Shown here: one piece after another, positions 1 through 10,408 of the stretch
How positions within the stretch are numbered: the first letter of the stretch is position 1
How the letters are laid out: each line of letters starts with the position of its first letter
Source: Thermodesulfobacteriota bacterium
Lineage (GTDB): Bacteria; Desulfobacterota; Desulfobacteria; Desulfobacterales; C00003060
Length of the DNA stretch: 64,000 nucleotides
Direction: 5' to 3'
Assembly (NCBI GenBank): GCA_034189385.1
Contig: JAXHVD010000012.1
Span: 32,001-96,000, forward strand
The notes under the pieces: generated by a model
The model's input: only the letters and a program-made list of their open reading frames with translations
Database searches by the model: none
What the model was told of the DNA's origin: nothing
Position numbers and translations under genes: made by a program

Positions 1-675
1 TTCAACCCCATGTTGGGCCACCGGGGTTGCCGGTTGGGCATCACCTATCCTGAGATTACGGCCATGCAGGCCCGCGCCATCTTTCAAGCGGTGGTCAAAT
101 GCCGAAAGCAGAAGATCAAGGTGTCTCCGGAAATCATGGTACCCCTTGTGGGCACCTCCGAAGAGTTCAACAATCAGAAGGCTGTCATAGACGCAGTGGC
201 AGCAGAGGTCATGGCCAAATCGAAGATGAAGTTCCCGTACATGGTAGGCACCATGATTGAAATCCCTCGGGCTGTCTTGGTGGCTGACAAAATCGCTGAG
301 ACAGCGGAGTTCTTCTCCTTTGGCACCAACGACCTGACGCAGATGGCTTTCGGGTATTCCCGGGATGATGCAGGGGTTTTCCTGCCTGAATATGTGGGGA
401 ACAAGATCCTTGCAGATGATCCTTTCCAGGCCATTGACGAGGGCGGTGTAGGACAACTCATGAAAATGGGAGTGGAAAGAGGTCGTTCCGCGCGCAAGAG
501 GCTCAAGATTGGGATCTGCGGTGAGCACGGTGGAGAGCCGAACTCGGTGGCATTCTGCCACAAGATCGGTCTGGATTACGTGAGCTGCTCACCTTTCCGC
601 GTGCCTATTGCCAGGCTGGCAGCGGCCCACGCCGTTCTGGCCGAAAAGGCAAAAAAGAGAAAGCAGAAGAAATAG
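1..675 (+). CDS. ppdK: Pyruvate, phosphate dikinase, C-terminal part (5' end outside the window)
   Basis: Frame is open from base 1. Motifs [39 protein letters not shown] and [17 protein letters not shown] match the PPDK PEP-binding domain. Confidence 0.97.
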   Translation, partial: FNPMLGHRGCRLGITYPEITAMQARAIFQAVVKCRKQKIKVSPEIMVPLVGTSEEFNNQKAVIDAVAAEVMAKSKMKFPYMVGTMIEIPRAVLVADKIAETAEFFSFGTNDLTQMAFGYSRDDAGVFLPEYVGNKILADDPFQAIDEGGVGQLMKMGVERGRSARKRLKIGICGEHGGEPNSVAFCHKIGLDYVSCSPFRVPIARLAAAHAVLAEKAKKRKQKK

Positions 676-706
676 GATTTGCAACGGCCCAAGACACGAC
701 ACAGAC

Positions 707-738
707 TGAAAGCCTCGGTCTTCAAGACGGGGCTTCAT
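707..738. terminator. Hairpin between ppdK and the desulfurase gene (possible terminator or processing stem)
   Basis: AAGCCTCG-GTCT...AGAC-GGGGCTT imperfect inverted repeat just after the ppdK stop; no strong U-tract. Confidence 0.4.
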
Positions 739-749
739 ACTTTGAGCAG

Positions 750-1877
750 ATGATCTATCTGGACCACAATGCCACCACCCCCATAGCCCCGGAGGTGGCA
801 GAGGCCATGAGGCCGCACGTAGGCAAGGCGTATGGGAACCCCAGTAGCAGCCATGGACTGGGGCGTGAGGCCAAACAAACCTTGGAAGGGGCTCGGGCCG
901 AGGTGGCAAAGCTCATCGGCTGCCAGCCACGGGAAGTGGTGTTCACGAGCGGCGGCACTGAGTCCAACAACATGGCTATAAAGGGGGTGGCTTACAGCTT
1001 TGCGCGCAAAGGTCGGCATATTGTTACCACGGAAATTGAACACCCTGCTGTAACAAATCCCTGCCTTTTCTTGATGTATCAAGGCTATGAAGTTACCTTT
1101 TTGCCGGTCGACCGATTTGGGTTGGTAGATCCTTTGGCCGTGCGGGATGCCATCAAGCCAACGACCACATTGGTTTCCGTCATGCATGCCAACAATGAGA
1201 CAGGGGCCGTGCAGCCCATCGAGCAGATCGGCGAACTGGCGCAGGCTGCTGGCGTCCTTTTTCATGTTGACGCGGCCCAGTCTGCAGGTAAGATACCTGT
1301 GGATGTCTCAGAATTGCGGGTGGACTTTCTCTCCCTGGCAGGCCACAAGATGTACGCACCAAAGGGCATCGGAGCCCTATTCGTAAGGGATGGATTGGAA
1401 ATCGAGCCCTTTATGCACGGAGCGGGCCAGGAATCGGGCCGCAGAGCGGGCACAGAGAACGTGATGTTTGCAGTGGCCTTGGCAAGGGCCTGTGCTCTGG
1501 CCCGTATGAAGATGTCAGAAGAGGCTGAGCGCATAAGGGATTTGCGGGATCGATTCCACGAGCTTCTTACCGGGCATATTCCCGGACTTGTCTTGAACGG
1601 ACATGCACATGCGCGTCTTCCCAACACTCTCAATGTCTCCCTGCCCGGTGTCAACGGTGCCACTCTCCTTGATGCCATTCCCAAGATCTGTGCATCCACT
1701 GGCGCGGCCTGTCATGACCATTCAGTAAGCCTCTCTCACGTCCTTGCAGCCATGCAGATCCCAGAAGAAATAGGACGAGGGGCCATTCGGTTGACTCTCG
1801 GCAGGGAGAATACTGAAGCGGAAATCGAGACAGCTGCAGAAATGATTGTACAAGCGTACAATAGGCTAAAAGGGTGA
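750..1877 (+). CDS. Cysteine desulfurase family protein (NifS/IscS-like class V PLP enzyme)
   Basis: IYLDHNATTP, GNPSS, FTSGGTESNN, HVDAAQ, GHK (PLP lysine), RAGTEN, catalytic Cys in STGAACH. Confidence 0.93.
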   Translation: MIYLDHNATTPIAPEVAEAMRPHVGKAYGNPSSSHGLGREAKQTLEGARAEVAKLIGCQPREVVFTSGGTESNNMAIKGVAYSFARKGRHIVTTEIEHPAVTNPCLFLMYQGYEVTFLPVDRFGLVDPLAVRDAIKPTTTLVSVMHANNETGAVQPIEQIGELAQAAGVLFHVDAAQSAGKIPVDVSELRVDFLSLAGHKMYAPKGIGALFVRDGLEIEPFMHGAGQESGRRAGTENVMFAVALARACALARMKMSEEAERIRDLRDRFHELLTGHIPGLVLNGHAHARLPNTLNVSLPGVNGATLLDAIPKICASTGAACHDHSVSLSHVLAAMQIPEEIGRGAIRLTLGRENTEAEIETAAEMIVQAYNRLKG

Positions 1878-2162
1878 CACACTCGCCTCTTTTGTAGAAG
1901 TCACTCCACCTTGGCATCATCATGGCTATTAACGCCACAAAAGAAATCTGGCGATGTAATCAATTGACAGCGCAGGCATGTCTTGTAAGGCAAATCATCC
2001 CATGGGAGACGGAGAGATCCATGACTGACGTTATCCCAAGATGCCTATCCTGCGCTGCAATAGCGCACAGTGTCTCATGGCAGCGGGATTGAAAAAACCG
2101 AAGATTGAAAAGAAGATGACCCCCATACCGAAGAAGCATTGAAAAGGAGGTATGGATTTCCT

Positions 2163-5100
2163 GTGGGTAGACAAAGAAGGATATGGGGCCGGGTGGCTGG
2201 AGGGCTGGGGGCTCTTTTTTTCCTCTTTATAGTCGTTGCGCTTGCCTTGCCCAAGCTCATCAACCTTTCACCCGTGAGAGAGAAGATCCTCGCCAATATC
2301 TCCCAGGCAGTGGGAGGCGAGGTGGCATGTGGAAAGGTTGCTCTCTCGTTACTGCCCCGCCCTAAAGTGCTGATCCACGAAGGAAGCATATCGATTCCCG
2401 CAAGACTCGCCGGTTCCGTCGAGTCCATAACGGTTTACCCCAGAGTTTTACCTCTTCTCAGGGCGGACGTTCGGCCTGCTAAGCTCCTACTTGAAGGACC
2501 CGCTCTCAGAGTGACAATCCCGCAAAGTCTCCAAAAGCACAGGGAGGGACAAAAAGAAGGCTCTGGCCCAACCCTTGAAGAGAAAATGGCGGCTCCTTTG
2601 GCTGTCATTGCATCCAAAGCACCCGGCATTGTCGTGCAGTTAAAAAGGGGGACGCTAAATCTACGACAAGAGGACCAGTCCCTTCTGAGCCTTCAGGATG
2701 TTGACGGATGGCTCACCCTCCAGCCAAGTAAAATGGCCTGCCAGCTTACCTGTAAATCCCATTTTTGGGAGAGCCTTTACCTGGAGGCACAGATGTCTCC
2801 GCAGGTCCGCTTGGAGCTGGAGGCCAGAAGGGTGGATGTGCGTTCCACACGGAAAGCAGCCCTGGCGTTGGCAGGCAACATTCGCGAGATCCAAAACATT
2901 TTTGATATTCTTCAAGATGGCGAGGCGACGGTGATCACGTTCCGAACCCATGGGAGTTCTCTGATTGATCTGGCAAAACTCCAGAACATGTCTATTGAGG
3001 GCAGCCTGAGAGGAGGGAAGATCTCTATTGCCCGGGTTGACATGGCTCTTGAGGAAGTCAATGGGAATGTGGTCATTTCGCAGGGCATCTTGGAGGGACA
3101 CAATCTTGAAGCACGGTTGGGTGACGCCCAGGGGCGCAAAGGATTGTTGAAATTGGGCCTCAGGGGAAAAGACGCCCCTTTCCATCTTGAAATAGACATA
3201 GAGACCGATCTGGTTCAACTTAGGTCAACCCTGCGACAGTTTGTGAAGAATGAAGCCTTTCTAAGAGAAGTGAATGGCATACAGGACATCAGAGGCAACG
3301 CTGTGGGAAGGTTGATCCTGGGAGAAAGCATGAAGACCATCACGGCAAGGGTCGATGTGTCCAGGTTTCACCTGTCCGGCGATTACCAACGCATTCCTTA
3401 TCCGGTGGAGGTTCATGGAGGGCACTTCGCCTATGAAAAATCGGGCGTCTGCGTAGAAAACGTGAGGGGCATGTTGGGGAAGTCTACTTTTTCCGATCTT
3501 TCTGCGGATCTCAAGTGGGAAATAGAGCCCCACCTTGAGGTCACATCCGGGAAGCTCAGGCTCGTACTAGACGAGATCTGTCCATGGCTTGCCTCATTTG
3601 AAGAAGTGCGCAACGCAGCAACAGATATAGGCAGTGTGGCTGGCAGCCTCACCCTATCTCACTTGAGCGGGAAAGGACCACTTCACAGGCTCAAAGAATG
3701 GCACTTCAACATCACTGGTGAAGTTGAGGGGCTGGCTGTTGAAAGCAGTCTCCTTTCAGGGCCAATAAAGGTGACGAGGGGGGGCTTTCACGCCCTTGAG
3801 AATGGAAAGAGGCAAGAACTCTCTCTCGCAGAGGTTCAATTGACCGTGCTGGATGCCTCGCTCAAGGTCTCGGGGGTTTTGAGGGACTACCTGGCAGGCC
3901 TCAATGGGGCAGACCTAAGACTTGAAGGCGAACTGGGTTCAGAATCTACTGAATGGTTTTCAAGGGCTATTGGCATGTCGCCTTTGCTGAGACCTGGGTC
4001 TCCTCTGAGCATTTCGAAGGGCCATCTCGCCTATTCCAGGAATGCCGCAGCATCTTTTCGAGGAGACTTGGTCGTGCAAGGGGGTCCTAAAGTCACCATC
4101 GACATTATTAAAGAGGACAAAAAGCTGTGCATCCGGAACATACATGTTCAAGATCAGGACACCAGCGCCACCCTAAAACTTGATGTCACGAGAGAAGCGT
4201 TCAACCTGGAATTTTCGGGCAACTTGACAAAGACGACCATGAACAGGCTCTTCGAAGAAGCGAAAGCTGCCCAAGGGTGGGTGGAAGGAAATATGCTCAT
4301 CCATTTTCAGAGGGATGAGCCGGCAAAATCAAAAGCCCATGGAAGACTCAAGGGCGGAGATCTTCTCCTACCTTTGGGTGTGAAAGCGCCTTTGGAGATC
4401 GACAGCATTTCTCTAGACGTGAAAGAGAATGCTCTCCGGGTGCATTCCGCAGTTTGCATGTGGGAAAACAACCGGATGGCTGCCAAAGGTGGTGTCCACT
4501 TTACCGACGAAGGGCTTCAAGTCGACATGGACCTTTCCACAAAAGACCTAGACTGGAAGACCATAGCAAATGCCCTTGGTCGGGGAAGTGAAACAGAGAA
4601 AGGGGAAGGACATTTGTGGGCCCTTCCTTTCTGCGGGAAGGTCAGGCTTAATGCAGAGCGTTTCACCTATGACCGCTTTGTGTGGACCCCTTTCCATGCA
4701 GACGTGGCCTTTACCCCGGACGAAATAGACGTGGCGATTTTAGAGGCAAATCTATGCAGCATTGCGACTCCAGGGACTCTGAGGGTAACGCCTCATCAGA
4801 TATCACTGGATTTCAAACCCGCTTCTACGAATCAGGATCTGGGCGCAGCCTTCACGTGCTTCCTGGAAGAGAAGAAGCAGATGACGGGAACCTTTTCTTT
4901 CGCAGGGCAAATCAGGGCCCAAGAAAAGCCTGAAGCGCTTCTTGAATCAACCTGGGGCGCTCTGGAATTCATGGCCAAGGACGGGCGGATTTACCGTTAC
5001 GGACTGCTGGCAAAGGTCCTGGCCTTTGTCAATCTCACTGAGGTCTTTAGGGGCAAGGTTCCGGGCTTTGCTGAAAAGGGGCTCCCCTACGATTCCGTGG

Positions 5101-5477
5101 AGGTTGAGGCCCTTGTAGAGGACGGCAGACTTGCACTGAAAAAGGGATTGATGATGGGCCCATCAGTAGAAATTGCCTGCACTGGTGCGGTGGATCTCAT
5201 GAACAAGAAGTATGATCTCACGTATCTGGTAGCCCCTTTAAAGACTGTGGATTCTCTGGCAAAAAAGATTCCTGTACTGGGCCGTATCCTGGGGGGGACT
5301 GTTGTCTCCATTCCGGTCAAGGTCACGGGCGATTGGTCCAATCCCACCGTCAAACCCCTTTCGGCTTCAGCAGTTGGATCCGGGGTTTTGGGAATCATGG
5401 AAAGGGCTCTTAAGCTTCCCGTTGAGGTCATGGAATCAATACCTATCAGAGAGAGGCGGGAACACGGCGTTGACTAA
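2163..5477 (+). CDS. AsmA/YhdP-like membrane-anchored bridge protein
   Basis: ~1100 aa; single N-terminal TM after a basic stretch; beta-rich body; C-terminal 'VAPLKTVDSLAKKIPVLGRILGG...VKVTGDWSNPTV' typical of AsmA-like C-termini. GTG start at 2163 chosen from AGGAGG at 2145-2150 (uncertain). Confidence 0.8.
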   Translation: MGRQRRIWGRVAGGLGALFFLFIVVALALPKLINLSPVREKILANISQAVGGEVACGKVALSLLPRPKVLIHEGSISIPARLAGSVESITVYPRVLPLLRADVRPAKLLLEGPALRVTIPQSLQKHREGQKEGSGPTLEEKMAAPLAVIASKAPGIVVQLKRGTLNLRQEDQSLLSLQDVDGWLTLQPSKMACQLTCKSHFWESLYLEAQMSPQVRLELEARRVDVRSTRKAALALAGNIREIQNIFDILQDGEATVITFRTHGSSLIDLAKLQNMSIEGSLRGGKISIARVDMALEEVNGNVVISQGILEGHNLEARLGDAQGRKGLLKLGLRGKDAPFHLEIDIETDLVQLRSTLRQFVKNEAFLREVNGIQDIRGNAVGRLILGESMKTITARVDVSRFHLSGDYQRIPYPVEVHGGHFAYEKSGVCVENVRGMLGKSTFSDLSADLKWEIEPHLEVTSGKLRLVLDEICPWLASFEEVRNAATDIGSVAGSLTLSHLSGKGPLHRLKEWHFNITGEVEGLAVESSLLSGPIKVTRGGFHALENGKRQELSLAEVQLTVLDASLKVSGVLRDYLAGLNGADLRLEGELGSESTEWFSRAIGMSPLLRPGSPLSISKGHLAYSRNAAASFRGDLVVQGGPKVTIDIIKEDKKLCIRNIHVQDQDTSATLKLDVTREAFNLEFSGNLTKTTMNRLFEEAKAAQGWVEGNMLIHFQRDEPAKSKAHGRLKGGDLLLPLGVKAPLEIDSISLDVKENALRVHSAVCMWENNRMAAKGGVHFTDEGLQVDMDLSTKDLDWKTIANALGRGSETEKGEGHLWALPFCGKVRLNAERFTYDRFVWTPFHADVAFTPDEIDVAILEANLCSIATPGTLRVTPHQISLDFKPASTNQDLGAAFTCFLEEKKQMTGTFSFAGQIRAQEKPEALLESTWGALEFMAKDGRIYRYGLLAKVLAFVNLTEVFRGKVPGFAEKGLPYDSVEVEALVEDGRLALKKGLMMGPSVEIACTGAVDLMNKKYDLTYLVAPLKTVDSLAKKIPVLGRILGGTVVSIPVKVTGDWSNPTVKPLSASAVGSGVLGIMERALKLPVEVMESIPIRERREHGVD

Positions 5478-5512
5478 GAAGCAAGGCTCTTTTCTAGGAT
5501 GGGGTGAGGATT

Positions 5513-6439
5513 ATGAATCGGCAAGCATGGCCCATCAATGCAAAGGGAAACCGTTGGAGCATAGTCTTTTTCCTAAGCTCTCTGCTTGTTCTATGTTGCT
5601 TGCTGTCGTGCACGCCAAACGTGGGCATAAAGGATGGGCAAGATCATTTTGTGGAGCTTGATGGTCTTCGTCTTCACTACGTGCGTTATGGAAAAGGCCA
5701 AGAAGCTGTTGTTTTTATCCATGGGTGGACCTGCGACTCCAGTTTTTGGCGGTTTCAGATTCCTGCCTTTAAGAAAGGCAGCAACCTGATCGTTGTGGAT
5801 CTTCCTGGCCACGGCCAGAGCGACAAGCCTCCAATCGTATACACACAAGACCTGTTCGCAAGGGCGGTGAACGCTACGCTCGTGGACGCGGGAATTGAGC
5901 GTGTCGTGCTCGTGGGCCACAGCATGGGGATGTCTGTTGCCAGGCAGTTCATTAGGAAGTACCCAGACAAGGCAAGAGCCCTTGTCAATGTGGATGGTGC
6001 CTTCTATCGTATGCCAAAGGATCAGCTCAAACTCAGGGTATGGATGAAGGGCAACGCTAGATTTGTTCAGCGTTTCAAAGGGCCGGACTACAAGGCCTTT
6101 GCCGGAGGCTTCATTGATTCCATGTTTGTGGAAGAAACGCCTGTCCAGCTTCGCGAACAGATAAAGTCCGTCATGCTGAGCACGCCACAGCATGTGGCAG
6201 TTAGCGCCTTGGAAGCCTTTGGCGATCCAAGGCTGTGGCAAGAAGATGCCGTGACTCTGCCGACCCTTGCCATCTATGCACAAACGTCGGACCTTCCTGA
6301 GGACTCTGGATCCTATCTTAGAAGGCTCTTTCCCGATTTGGAATTCCAACAATGGGAAGGTTGCGGTCACTTTCTGTTTATGGAGCAGCCGGCAAGGTTC
6401 AATAAGACACTCCTGGAATTCTTGGCCGAACAGGGGTAA
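5513..6439 (+). CDS. Alpha/beta-fold hydrolase, probable lipoprotein
   Basis: FIHGW, DLPGHGQS, nucleophile elbow GHSMG, C-terminal GHFLFMEQP. Hydrophobic signal ending LLSC. RBS GAGGA before ATG 5513. Confidence 0.9.
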   Translation: MNRQAWPINAKGNRWSIVFFLSSLLVLCCLLSCTPNVGIKDGQDHFVELDGLRLHYVRYGKGQEAVVFIHGWTCDSSFWRFQIPAFKKGSNLIVVDLPGHGQSDKPPIVYTQDLFARAVNATLVDAGIERVVLVGHSMGMSVARQFIRKYPDKARALVNVDGAFYRMPKDQLKLRVWMKGNARFVQRFKGPDYKAFAGGFIDSMFVEETPVQLREQIKSVMLSTPQHVAVSALEAFGDPRLWQEDAVTLPTLAIYAQTSDLPEDSGSYLRRLFPDLEFQQWEGCGHFLFMEQPARFNKTLLEFLAEQG

Positions 6440-6724
6440 GGGACGGGGCTGCTTTTTTCCTCTTTCGTCCCTCGCAAGCACTGCTTCTCTCACCATTTCT
6501 TATTCCGCTTTTCCGTGTGCACGGAACACAGAAACTTGCTGGGCACTTTTGTTGTTTATAGAAGCAAAGAGGGCTTTTCAGGCAATTGGCACATGGCACT
6601 GACTCTAGGCAGAACTATCTCAACAAGGACAAGTTCAGACTGGAGGGCATTGAGGGAGAAAGGGTCACCGTGAGGCTGGAACCAGACCCAGGAGGAAATT
6701 GGAAATAGCGGCCTTTGAGGCAAA

Positions 6725-7738
6725 TCAAATCCCCAGGCCGTCTATCACTGCATCACACTTCGGGCACTTGCCATCTTTTATGACATTCTTGGATATGTGA
6801 TAGCCCCACCGTTGAATCAAGATTTCGCCGCAATGGTAACAAATCGTATTCTCCCCTTCGTCTCCGGGAAGATTTCCGCTGTATACATAGCGAAGCCCAG
6901 CAGCAAGGCCGATTGTCCTGGCCTCGTGAATGCTTTCCGCCGAGGTCGCCGGACGGTCGGTGAGCCTATGGGTCGGATGAAACCGGCTAATGTGCCATGG
7001 CGTGTCACGGCCAAGTGCGTCGCCAATAAAGGTGGCCAATTGTCCCAATTCTTGCCTGTCGTCATTGAGACCAGGAATAAGCAACGTTGTCACCTCTACA
7101 AAGATACCAGCTGATTTCATGACTCGCAGTGTTTCCATCACATGTTTTCGCTTCGCGCCACACTGTTCTCTGTAGAACTTATCGTTAAAAGCCTTTAAAT
7201 CCACGTTGGCTGCATCTAGATACGGCGTAATCATGTGGACGGCCTCTGGGGTCATGTATCCATTAGTCACAAACACATTAACGATGCCCTTTTCATGGGC
7301 AAGCTTGGCAGTATTATATGCGAATTCAAAAAAGACCGTTGGCTCCGTATAGGTATAAGCAATGCTCCGACAGCCAGCCTGCGCTGCAGCCGTCACCACA
7401 TCTTCAGGGCTGTAATGGTCCCCGATGATGGCGCCCTTGCGGTCTGCCGGGAACTGGGCGATATCAGCGTTCTGACAAAAACGGCATCTGAAATTGCAGC
7501 CCACTGTGGCAATGGAATAAGAAAGGGTGCTGGGAAACACGTGATAGAGGGGCTTCTTCTCAATGGGATCGACATGCCGGGCGATAAGCCTTCCATATAC
7601 GAGTGTCCTCAGGACCCCTTTCTGGTTTTCTCGAACTCCGCACAGGCCCAGCTTTCCCTCTTTGATGATACATCGGTGATGACAAAGATCGCATCGGACT
7701 TTTCTTCCGTCCAGTCTTTGGTACAGATAGGCCTCCAT
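6725..7738 (-). CDS. amrS: AmmeMemoRadiSam system radical SAM enzyme
   Basis: N-terminal CxxCxxxC...GxCGVR, DPIEKKPLYH, radical SAM GCNFRCRFCQN, YTYTEP, WHISRFHP, C-terminal CxxC...CxxC. Confidence 0.93.
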   Translation of the reverse strand: MEAYLYQRLDGRKVRCDLCHHRCIIKEGKLGLCGVRENQKGVLRTLVYGRLIARHVDPIEKKPLYHVFPSTLSYSIATVGCNFRCRFCQNADIAQFPADRKGAIIGDHYSPEDVVTAAAQAGCRSIAYTYTEPTVFFEFAYNTAKLAHEKGIVNVFVTNGYMTPEAVHMITPYLDAANVDLKAFNDKFYREQCGAKRKHVMETLRVMKSAGIFVEVTTLLIPGLNDDRQELGQLATFIGDALGRDTPWHISRFHPTHRLTDRPATSAESIHEARTIGLAAGLRYVYSGNLPGDEGENTICYHCGEILIQRWGYHISKNVIKDGKCPKCDAVIDGLGI

Positions 7739-7769
7739 ACGGCGAGCCTCCCAAGTGCCTACTTCCTTC

Positions 7770-8564
7770 TTAGGTTTTCGCAGGTGGACACTGACTTGAA
7801 TGTGTTGGGGTCTGCATGAGGCTTGGCGCGGCCTTTGTCGGCTGGCGAACATACTCGTCTATGGGAATGTTCTTGGTTCGATACCGGGGTACCAGGGTGA
7901 CCGCCATGCCGATGAAGGTCCCAAAGGGAGACTTCTGAACCAGGAAGTACCTTTCAAGGTACTGAGTGTACTTCTTCAAACTGCCAGGAAACTGAGGGGC
8001 CGTACCCCAACGTACAGGTGTTTTTCCCAGGATTTCCCGGACGTATCTTTTCAGTTCCCAGACACTAAAGAAGCTTGCCCGATTGTAGACGCTTTGTGAA
8101 AACATGCCCTTCACCCTTCGCTCAATCGCCTTGACGGAATATCGGTTTAAAGCACCCAGAAAAACGCGGTCCTTGGCTACACGACAGGCCTCCTGAAGGG
8201 CCTTGTAGGGATCGTCTACAAACTCAAGGGTGGTCACCAGGGTAGCAATGTCGAAACTGTTATCTTCAAAAGGGAGAGCCTCAGCCAAACCCTGCCGCAA
8301 TTCCCCTCGATGGCCTAGCCTCTTTTTTGCCACTTCGAGCATGTGAGGGGAAGCGTCCAAACCTGTGACGTCCAGGCCCATTTCAAGAAACATGAAAAGG
8401 TCTCTTCCCGTGCCACACCCGATATCCAATACACGCTCCCCTCGGACGGGACGGAGCAATCTTAGCATCACGTGATCTTCAAGGTCAGCAACAAAGCGGT
8501 TCTGCGGGTTCACATACCAGTCGTCGTATCTCTGGGCCTCTTTGAAACCGAAAATATATCCCAT
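7770..8564 (-). CDS. Class I SAM-dependent methyltransferase
   Basis: VLDIGCGTG, GLDASPHML, AEALPFEDNSFD. Start 8564 or 8570. Confidence 0.9.
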   Translation of the reverse strand: MGYIFGFKEAQRYDDWYVNPQNRFVADLEDHVMLRLLRPVRGERVLDIGCGTGRDLFMFLEMGLDVTGLDASPHMLEVAKKRLGHRGELRQGLAEALPFEDNSFDIATLVTTLEFVDDPYKALQEACRVAKDRVFLGALNRYSVKAIERRVKGMFSQSVYNRASFFSVWELKRYVREILGKTPVRWGTAPQFPGSLKKYTQYLERYFLVQKSPFGTFIGMAVTLVPRYRTKNIPIDEYVRQPTKAAPSLMQTPTHSSQCPPAKT

Positions 8565-8962
8565 GACCATCACATCATGCCAAGCGCAGTAAGTCCCACC
8601 CTTGAGGTGGGCGTGGTTCCCTTGGTTCAAGCCTGCTCCCCATGCATAGCACGGGATTTCATCGCAGACAATCGATAACGATTCCATTATATTGAAAGCG
8701 GCCTGTTAATCAAGGAGAAATCAGAGAGGAAAGAGGCTTTGGAAGGTTCTCATCTCTTGGACAGGATTTGACTTGATTTTACACCCTTCATCGATTATGG
8801 TCCCCCGCAGTTTAGCCAGACAGCTCGGGACTTTTGGCAGCCCATCCTATAGAGATCCCAATGTCGTTGGAGCGGCTACAAGAGGCGTTTTGGGGAAGCT
8901 GCTAGCGCGAAGTTGGGCCCGACGGTCTACAAACATATACCTGTTGCCCAAAGGGGGTGCCC

Positions 8963-9382
8963 ATGGCTAGTGTCAACAAAGTGATCTTGATCGGAAACCT
9001 TGGCAGGGACCCAGAGGTTCGCTACACGCCTAGCGGAACTGCCGTTGCCAATTTCAGTGTTGCCACTACAGAAAACTGGACCAATAGGGAAGGCGAGAAG
9101 CAGTCTCGCACAGAATGGCACCGTGTGGTGGCATGGGGTCGGCTGGGAGAAACGTGCGGAGAATATCTTTCAAAGGGGAGCCCGGTCTATATTGAGGGCA
9201 GCATTCAGACAAACGAATGGGAAGATAAAGAAGGCAATAAACGACAGACCACAGAGATCAGGGCCTGGCGCATGCAAATGCTCGGATCACGGGGCTCAGC
9301 CAATGTCCCGCCCGAAGCGAACCTGGGTGGGGACGTGGAGCCAGCATCAAAAGAGCCCTCAGACGACGACATCCCGTTCTAA
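8963..9382 (+). CDS. ssb: Single-stranded DNA-binding protein
   Basis: [23 protein letters not shown], acidic C-terminal DDDIPF tail. Confidence 0.98.
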   Translation: MASVNKVILIGNLGRDPEVRYTPSGTAVANFSVATTENWTNREGEKQSRTEWHRVVAWGRLGETCGEYLSKGSPVYIEGSIQTNEWEDKEGNKRQTTEIRAWRMQMLGSRGSANVPPEANLGGDVEPASKEPSDDDIPF

Positions 9383-9464
9383 CCAGAAGGACTTCCCTTG
9401 ACTGTGAGGGGTATAGGAGACACTCGCGGGGACGCCGATGGTGTGGGCAGAAACGACAGTGGCT

Positions 9465-9662
9465 TTAAGTCTTGTTTTCCTCTTCTAGCCTTTCGGGCTC
9501 TTCAGACTTGGGATCTTCCTCCAACTCTCCAGAGGTGGCTTTCTTGAAGTTCTTGATCCCCTTTCCGATACCGCTTCCAATCTCAGGCAATTTTCCGGCC
9601 CCAAAAATGATCAAGATAATCACAAGAATGATGATCAACTCTGGCATACCGATTCCGAACAT
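9465..9662 (-). CDS. tatA: Twin-arginine translocase subunit TatA/E
   Basis: [49 protein letters not shown]. Confidence 0.97.
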   Translation of the reverse strand: MFGIGMPELIIILVIILIIFGAGKLPEIGSGIGKGIKNFKKATSGELEEDPKSEEPERLEEENKT

Positions 9663-10408
9663 AGAATCTCTCCCTTATTCTCAGTCCCCTTGATATAATG
9701 AATGTGAAAAGTGATATCCAGCTAACCAGTTTCCATCCATAAGTGGCCCTTTTCCGCGCTCTCGGAGCCTGCCCTGTACAATGCCAAGCCCATTTCTCGG
9801 GGGTCAATCAGCCGAAGGCTAAGAAATCTGGGGGATCGCTTGTGCCATCCGCCGCGGCGGACTGCCGCGCAATCCTTTGGTTTTCTTGACCTTGCGAAGC
9901 CCGCTGCCGCAGGACTGAATTGGAGACTAACGCCACTGCCTATTGATTCATAAGCACTTAATGGATGGGGACTAACTACGTAACGTTTTAACAATACCAA
10001 GAGAATTGCGGCCTGTCAATGGCCGCCCGAGGCATCCATCATACCTCCACTAGCTCTGGCAAAACCCCCTTGGCCTGAGGCATCTCCCCCCCTGCTACGC
10101 CCTGACCGGCTGAATTTGTATGCACAAATCTCTTCCCGACAGCCCTCAACAGTGGGTTACGAAAAAAGAAAGGCGTCAAGTAAAACTATGTATCATTTTA
10201 CAGGTCCAGTCAAGGAGAATAGCCCCCGGCACAAGAGTCTTCTTGCCTCAAGGTGCTAGACTGTGCTAGTCAGTGCCGATCTATACATGACCCATAATGA
10301 TAGAGCCTGGCCCAGAGGACCTGTTTTTCGAAAACTGGATGAGGATGTTGTCTATTCTCACCTTCTAACGCCTTATCGTTGTACCATGTTTCGATAAAAG
10401 GACTTGGC

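Noticed and set aside
1912..1927. TGGCATCATCATGGCT as a sigma54 promoter
   Set aside because: Spacing fits but the -12 element (TGGC) is poor and nothing else supports it.
5591..6496. 301-aa minus-strand ORF
   Set aside because: Antisense to the well-supported hydrolase, with no motifs.
9663..10400. Long intergenic region as RNase P, tmRNA, 6S or tRNA
   Set aside because: No diagnostic conserved motifs found on either strand.
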